DNA of 31,568 nt, from assembly GCA_038893995.1 (NCBI GenBank), contig JAWAQK010000027.1:1-31568 (forward strand), in the 5' to 3' direction. Source of the stretch: Candidatus Thorarchaeota archaeon (GTDB lineage Archaea; Asgardarchaeota; Thorarchaeia; Thorarchaeales; Thorarchaeaceae). Positions 27,547-31,568 of this stretch are shown here, in pieces. The number at the start of each line of letters is the position of its first letter. Within the stretch, counting starts at the first letter, position 1. Position numbers and translations under genes: made by a program. The notes beneath the pieces were generated by a model. It was not told where the DNA came from. It did no database searches and worked only from the letters and a program-made list of their open reading frames with translations.

Positions 27547-28299
27547 ATGACCTGCGCAATCGACATCCTGAACCTCTCATTCAGCTATGGTAGCTTCTCC
27601 ATTAAGAACATCAACACAGAGCTGCATCAGTGTGAACACAAGGCACTGATAGGCCCCAATGGGTCGGGAAAGACCACCCTGTTCAGGCTACTCGTTGGGT
27701 TGCTCAGACCCGCCTCTGGAGAGATATACGTGAACGAGAGGCTTCTGACAGATGAGAGCCTCTGGGAGATTCGAAAGGATATAGGATTCCTGTTTCAGAA
27801 CCCGGAGGATCAGCTCTTTGCCCCTACTGTCTGGGAAGATGTCGCATTCGGTCCGCGAAACCTGGGACTTCCCGATGATGAGGTACAACAGAGGGTCCGC
27901 GATGCACTGCATTTCGTCGGAATGGACGGTTTCGAACACAGACCCATCAATTCGATGAGCTATGGTCAGGCAAAGAGAGTCGCACTCGCCGGAATCCTGG
28001 CCATGCGGCCCAGGATCCTTCTCCTAGACGAGCCCTTTGATGGACTTGACTTTCCCATGACACGGGTCCTGGCTGGCATGATGCGCGTTCTCAGAGAGCA
28101 GGGTGTCAGCGTCCTATTCACGACCCACAATCGTTTCTTCGTGGAGAACTGGGCGGACTCTGTAGTTGCTCTGCGAGATGGGGAAGTGATCTTTGATGGC
28201 CCTGTGAAACATGCACTTCAGGATCCGAATGTGATTGAGATCCTCGGGGACTGGGACAGTCTCAGGGGCGAGCTCCAACGCTCGCGCATCTGCTATTGA
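27547..28299 (+). CDS. nikO: ECF ATPase NikO/CbiO
   Basis: GPNGSGKT, FQNPEDQLFAPTV.EDVAFGP.N, SYGQAKRVALAG and LLDEP. Confidence 0.92.
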   Translation: MTCAIDILNLSFSYGSFSIKNINTELHQCEHKALIGPNGSGKTTLFRLLVGLLRPASGEIYVNERLLTDESLWEIRKDIGFLFQNPEDQLFAPTVWEDVAFGPRNLGLPDDEVQQRVRDALHFVGMDGFEHRPINSMSYGQAKRVALAGILAMRPRILLLDEPFDGLDFPMTRVLAGMMRVLREQGVSVLFTTHNRFFVENWADSVVALRDGEVIFDGPVKHALQDPNVIEILGDWDSLRGELQRSRICY

Positions 28300-28409
28300 C
28301 AGATTCCTAGTCGATGTCGGCATGTAGAGTACGTCACGGACCAGAAATGAAACTAAACGAAGGGGGAACAGAAATGCTTATCACATGTTTCTGCCCGCAC
28401 AGTAGGCGT

Positions 28410-28557
28410 GCGGAGGTTGCCAAGCCTGGTCAAAGGCGTAGGACTCAGGCTCCTATGGCTGTAAGGCCTCCTGCAGTCAGGAGACTTCCGTAGGGATTCG
28501 CGAGTCTACGTGTGCGATGCACATGTGGCGCGAATTCAAATCTCGCCCTCCGCACCA
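28410..28557 (+). tRNA. tRNA-Leu(CAG) with two 30-nt introns at 43/44 (28456-28485) and 53/54 (28505-28534), CCA encoded
   Basis: Acceptor stem GCGGAGG/CCTCCGC plus A-CCA. D arm GCC..GGC. Anticodon arm TAGGA-CTCAGGC-TCCTA. After removing both introns, the variable arm is TTCC-GTA-GGGA, the T arm is GCGAG/TTCAAAT/CTCGC, and the mature length is 88 nt. Confidence 0.92.
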
Positions 28558-28906
28558 CCTATTGACCGTGATATGGCACGACTCTTCTCGATATTACCTC
28601 GTGCAGTCGTAGATATAATGCTGCACGGACGCAAAATCTGGGTCGAATGGCGAACCGATCGCATGCCTTGACTCAATATGCAGCATGCCGACTGTGTGAG
28701 CGGATGATCCTATACTTAGTGCCTCACCATGTCGCCTTTCACGACACTGATGTACACTGCCCCTACTATCTGCAGGCTGGCCTCAAATTGACGATCCTGA
28801 GTCCAATGAACCCGGCATATGACCGCTAGCGTTCCGGACCTACGACAAGTGTGGGACTGTTGAAGAGAATTAGCGGCACTCATCCTGCGGGTGACTCCGA
28901 CGAGAG

Positions 28907-29710
28907 TCACAGCATTTTCTCGATTATTCGGTCTCTCCTGAACATCTTGACTGCAAGATACAATGTCGATATTGCGGCCGTCCCAGTAATGACGGAGCTG
29001 ATCGCTATGACGTACACCCCCATGACTAGGACTCCGGTGACTGCACCCAACATGAAGAATACCACTGGTAGGATGAGTGCTCCCGTGATCTGTTGAGATT
29101 CCAACGATGTCTGAACCCTTGCTGAAACCAGGACGGTGATAGTTATGACTAGCACAGACATCGATGGTCCAAGAAAGATCGCCAGGATGAGATAACGAAT
29201 TTCAAATAGCAGGAACTGCCCAACAATCGGATATGATACTAGTGTGAGACTCACAACAGAGATGCCGAAGGAGATCCAGAACATTGTAAGTGATGGTATC
29301 AGACTTGCTAGTACCTTCCCGAGGAATAGTTCAAGGTCGCTCACTGGCGCGAGGACCAGTGCCTCAATAGTCTTGCGTTCCTTCTCTCCAGCAAAGCTAT
29401 TGGCCGAGAGCACAGATGTCGTTGCAACTGGAACTATCAGTATGGCAACCGGAAACAGGTACTGAACAAAGAACACAGTCCCAAGTTGTATCAGTGTCAT
29501 GTCCTGTGCTCCAGGGATGAGGTCCATCAGGAATGGGGGGACTACCACGTTGTCAACAAAGGACGCGAGCCGTGTTATGAGGAAGAGGGCCACAGGCAAT
29601 AGAAGGGAGAATAGCAGTGGCATGATCATCATTGACATGAGCAACTGGCGCGACCTGAAGGCCTCCCTCCATTCTTTGCGTGCAATCAGAATTGGCTTGT
29701 ATTCCTTCAT
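28907..29710 (-). CDS. ABC-2 type exporter permease
   Basis: IARKEWRE, SFAGEKERKTIEALVLAP and LFLGKVLAS, with about 6 TM segments. Confidence 0.9.
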   Translation of the reverse strand: MKEYKPILIARKEWREAFRSRQLLMSMMIMPLLFSLLLPVALFLITRLASFVDNVVVPPFLMDLIPGAQDMTLIQLGTVFFVQYLFPVAILIVPVATTSVLSANSFAGEKERKTIEALVLAPVSDLELFLGKVLASLIPSLTMFWISFGISVVSLTLVSYPIVGQFLLFEIRYLILAIFLGPSMSVLVITITVLVSARVQTSLESQQITGALILPVVFFMLGAVTGVLVMGVYVIAISSVITGTAAISTLYLAVKMFRRDRIIEKML

Positions 29711-29711
29711 T

Positions 29712-30686
29712 CTAGGATCTCACCGCCTTCCTATAGACATCCCACATCGTACCCCTCTTCGTGTCTATTGACCTGACCTTCCCGCCTCCCTTCACCACGG
29801 ATTCGACTATTGTAGGAGTCGCTGTTTCTGCGTCTTTGACAAGAATGACAATGGTATTACCCTGCACACGGACCTCCTCCGCTATCTCTAGATTTCTTAC
29901 TGTTTCAACCAGTTGCGGCGTTGGCACTTCTTGCAGCTGGACCTGTATCTCTTCACCGCTAGAGACCCTTGCTGCAAGTTCCCTCGGAGTTCCAGCAGCG
30001 ACTATCTTCCCTCTCTGGATGATGCACACTCTGTTGCAGAGCTTCTCCGCCTCATACAGATTGTGTGTTGTGATGAACACGACCTTCTCCTCTGCACGCA
30101 GAGTTCCTATGAGATCCCATATCTCCTCCGTCATTATGGGGTCTAGGTCTGCGGTCGGGCTGTCCAAGAATATCACTTTCGGGTCGTGAATGAGTGCCCT
30201 CGCGAAGGCGACTTTCTTTGCGGTCCCCCTACTGAGATGACCTGCGAAACGATTCTGGTACTCTGTCAAGCCGAAGTACTCGATGAGTTCTGCAATCCGC
30301 CTCGACCTCTTGTCCCTGGGAACCTCATATATGCCCGCGTAGAACTCAAGATTCTCCCTGACGGTGAGCCGTGTATAGAGACATGTGTTCTCAGTGAGGA
30401 CTCCACATATTTTCCGAACCATGTGGGGGGATTCAATCACATCGATACCGTCGATGCTAGCATGACCTGAAGTGGGTCTTATTGCACCAGCCAACATCCT
30501 CACGGTGGTGGTCTTTCCTGCCCCGTTGGGTCCCAGGTATCCGAAGACGTCGCCCGGTTCCACATCGAAGCTGACTCGATCTACAGCCACGAGTTCCCCA
30601 AAATGCTTTGATAGATCCCTCGCCGAAATCAAGAATGGTCTAATCCCACTGCTGACTTTGACAGACGTCTGGCAAAGACTTCTCAT
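29712..30686 (-). CDS. ABC exporter ATP-binding protein (DrrA/NatA-like)
   Basis: GPNGAGKTT, LTVRENL, LSRGTAKKV, IFLDSPT and TTHNL. Confidence 0.92.
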   Translation of the reverse strand: MRSLCQTSVKVSSGIRPFLISARDLSKHFGELVAVDRVSFDVEPGDVFGYLGPNGAGKTTTVRMLAGAIRPTSGHASIDGIDVIESPHMVRKICGVLTENTCLYTRLTVRENLEFYAGIYEVPRDKRSRRIAELIEYFGLTEYQNRFAGHLSRGTAKKVAFARALIHDPKVIFLDSPTADLDPIMTEEIWDLIGTLRAEEKVVFITTHNLYEAEKLCNRVCIIQRGKIVAAGTPRELAARVSSGEEIQVQLQEVPTPQLVETVRNLEIAEEVRVQGNTIVILVKDAETATPTIVESVVKGGGKVRSIDTKRGTMWDVYRKAVRS

Positions 30687-30858
30687 GATACTGTAGGGAG
30701 AGTCATTTAAGGGTTACCGCTCGACTACAACCAATATCTCCCATAGAGTTTCAGGAACAAGTCTCTTTGCAGGATTGTGCGGATACAGCAGCACCTTGTA
30801 AAAGACGACCATTGCCATTTGCGTTCGTGATAGACTCTTGCGGAGGTGGTCATGTTAG

Positions 30859-31568
30859 ATGAGCGCCCCGAGAAATAACATTCCACGTTTCGGATTGGTC
30901 CTGCCAACTTACGGCACTGGGTTCGACTGGAAACAGACAGTTACCGCTGCATGCCTAGCCGAGGAACTCGGATATGACTCCCTGTGGGTTCCCGACCATC
31001 TGGTGTCCCCAACAGGTAGTGGTGGTTGCTTTGAGGGGTGGACCGTCTTGTCTGCACTTGGTACCGTGACAAGCAGGATTGAGCTAGGCACGTTCGTGCT
31101 GTGCAATCAGTTCAGACACCCCTCCTTGGTCAGTAAGATGGTTTCAACACTGGACCATCTTTCGTGTGGACGGTCTGTGATGGGGATTGGTTCATGCTCT
31201 CTTGGACGTGAACATGATGAGTTTGGTATTGAATGGGGCAGCAGGACCTGATCGCATCGGCAGACTTCGGGAGTCTATTCAGCTTATCAAGACGCTCTGG
31301 ACTGAGCACAGCGTCACCTTCGAGGGGAAGTACTATCAGACTCTGAGTGCATCCGCCAATCCGATGCCGGTACGGAGGCCTCACCCCCCAATCATTGTCG
31401 GAGGTCGTTCCAGGGCTATCATGGATGTCGCTACGGATCTTGCAGATGGATGGGCCCCCTACTTGCTTGACCCTGACGGACTGAGTGTTCGTATTGAATA
31501 CGTCAAGACTCGTTTGAGAGATATAGGTAGACCTCTTGGTGATTCCGAGATTATTTACGGTGCGGACC
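30859..31568 (+). pseudogene. LLM-class (luciferase-like, probably F420-dependent) oxidoreductase, frameshifted near 31235-31250 and truncated by the window end
   Basis: AEELGYDSLWVPDHL and FRHPSLVSKMVSTLDHLS.GR, then a stop at 31249-31251. Homology continues in the +1 frame (DRIGRLRESIQLIKTLW...FEGKYY...PHPPIIVGG...ADGW), which stays open to the end. Confidence 0.8.

Noticed and set aside
28558-28906. Possible integrated element or small ORFs after tRNA-Leu
   Set aside because: No integrase, no duplicated tRNA 3' end and no recognisable protein. I see only a small hairpin (GTGACTC...GAGTCAC) at the permease stop.
31249-31251. TGA as selenocysteine readthrough
   Set aside because: Homology continues in a different frame, so this is a frameshift and not readthrough.
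1-31568. CRISPR arrays, IS elements, rRNA and the many short antisense ORFs
   Set aside because: No repeat-spacer arrays, transposases or rRNA motifs were seen. The antisense ORFs are shadows of well-supported genes.

Overview
A gene-dense archaeal chromosomal segment. The gene content (Vps4, ESCRT-III, Vps25, Vps22/36-like, longin, Yip1, DGGGP synthase, TFB, archaeal AspRS and ArgRS, MfnA) points to an Asgard archaeon, plausibly Thorarchaeia; this is inferred, not searched. The main signal is a five-gene ESCRT cluster at about 1487-6517 whose ESCRT-I/II layer looks rewired. One gene appears to fuse a Vps28 N-terminal headpiece domain to Vps22/36 tandem winged helices. Another combines six CxxC pairs, a coiled coil, a PH/GRAM (GLUE-like) domain and a C-terminal Vps23/Vps37 steadiness-box-like hairpin, with no UEV or ubiquitin genes in the window. 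Two tRNAs missed by the ORF track carry three non-canonical BHB introns, each exactly 30 nt: tRNA-His(GUG) at 53/54, and tRNA-Leu(CAG) at 43/44 and 53/54. The rest is housekeeping (TldD/PmbA, Trm11, endonuclease IV), a NikR-NikMNQO nickel/cobalt uptake locus with a candidate NikR operator, HypB, an ABC exporter pair and a frameshifted LLM oxidoreductase that runs off the end. All family assignments come from motif recognition by eye; no database searches were run.
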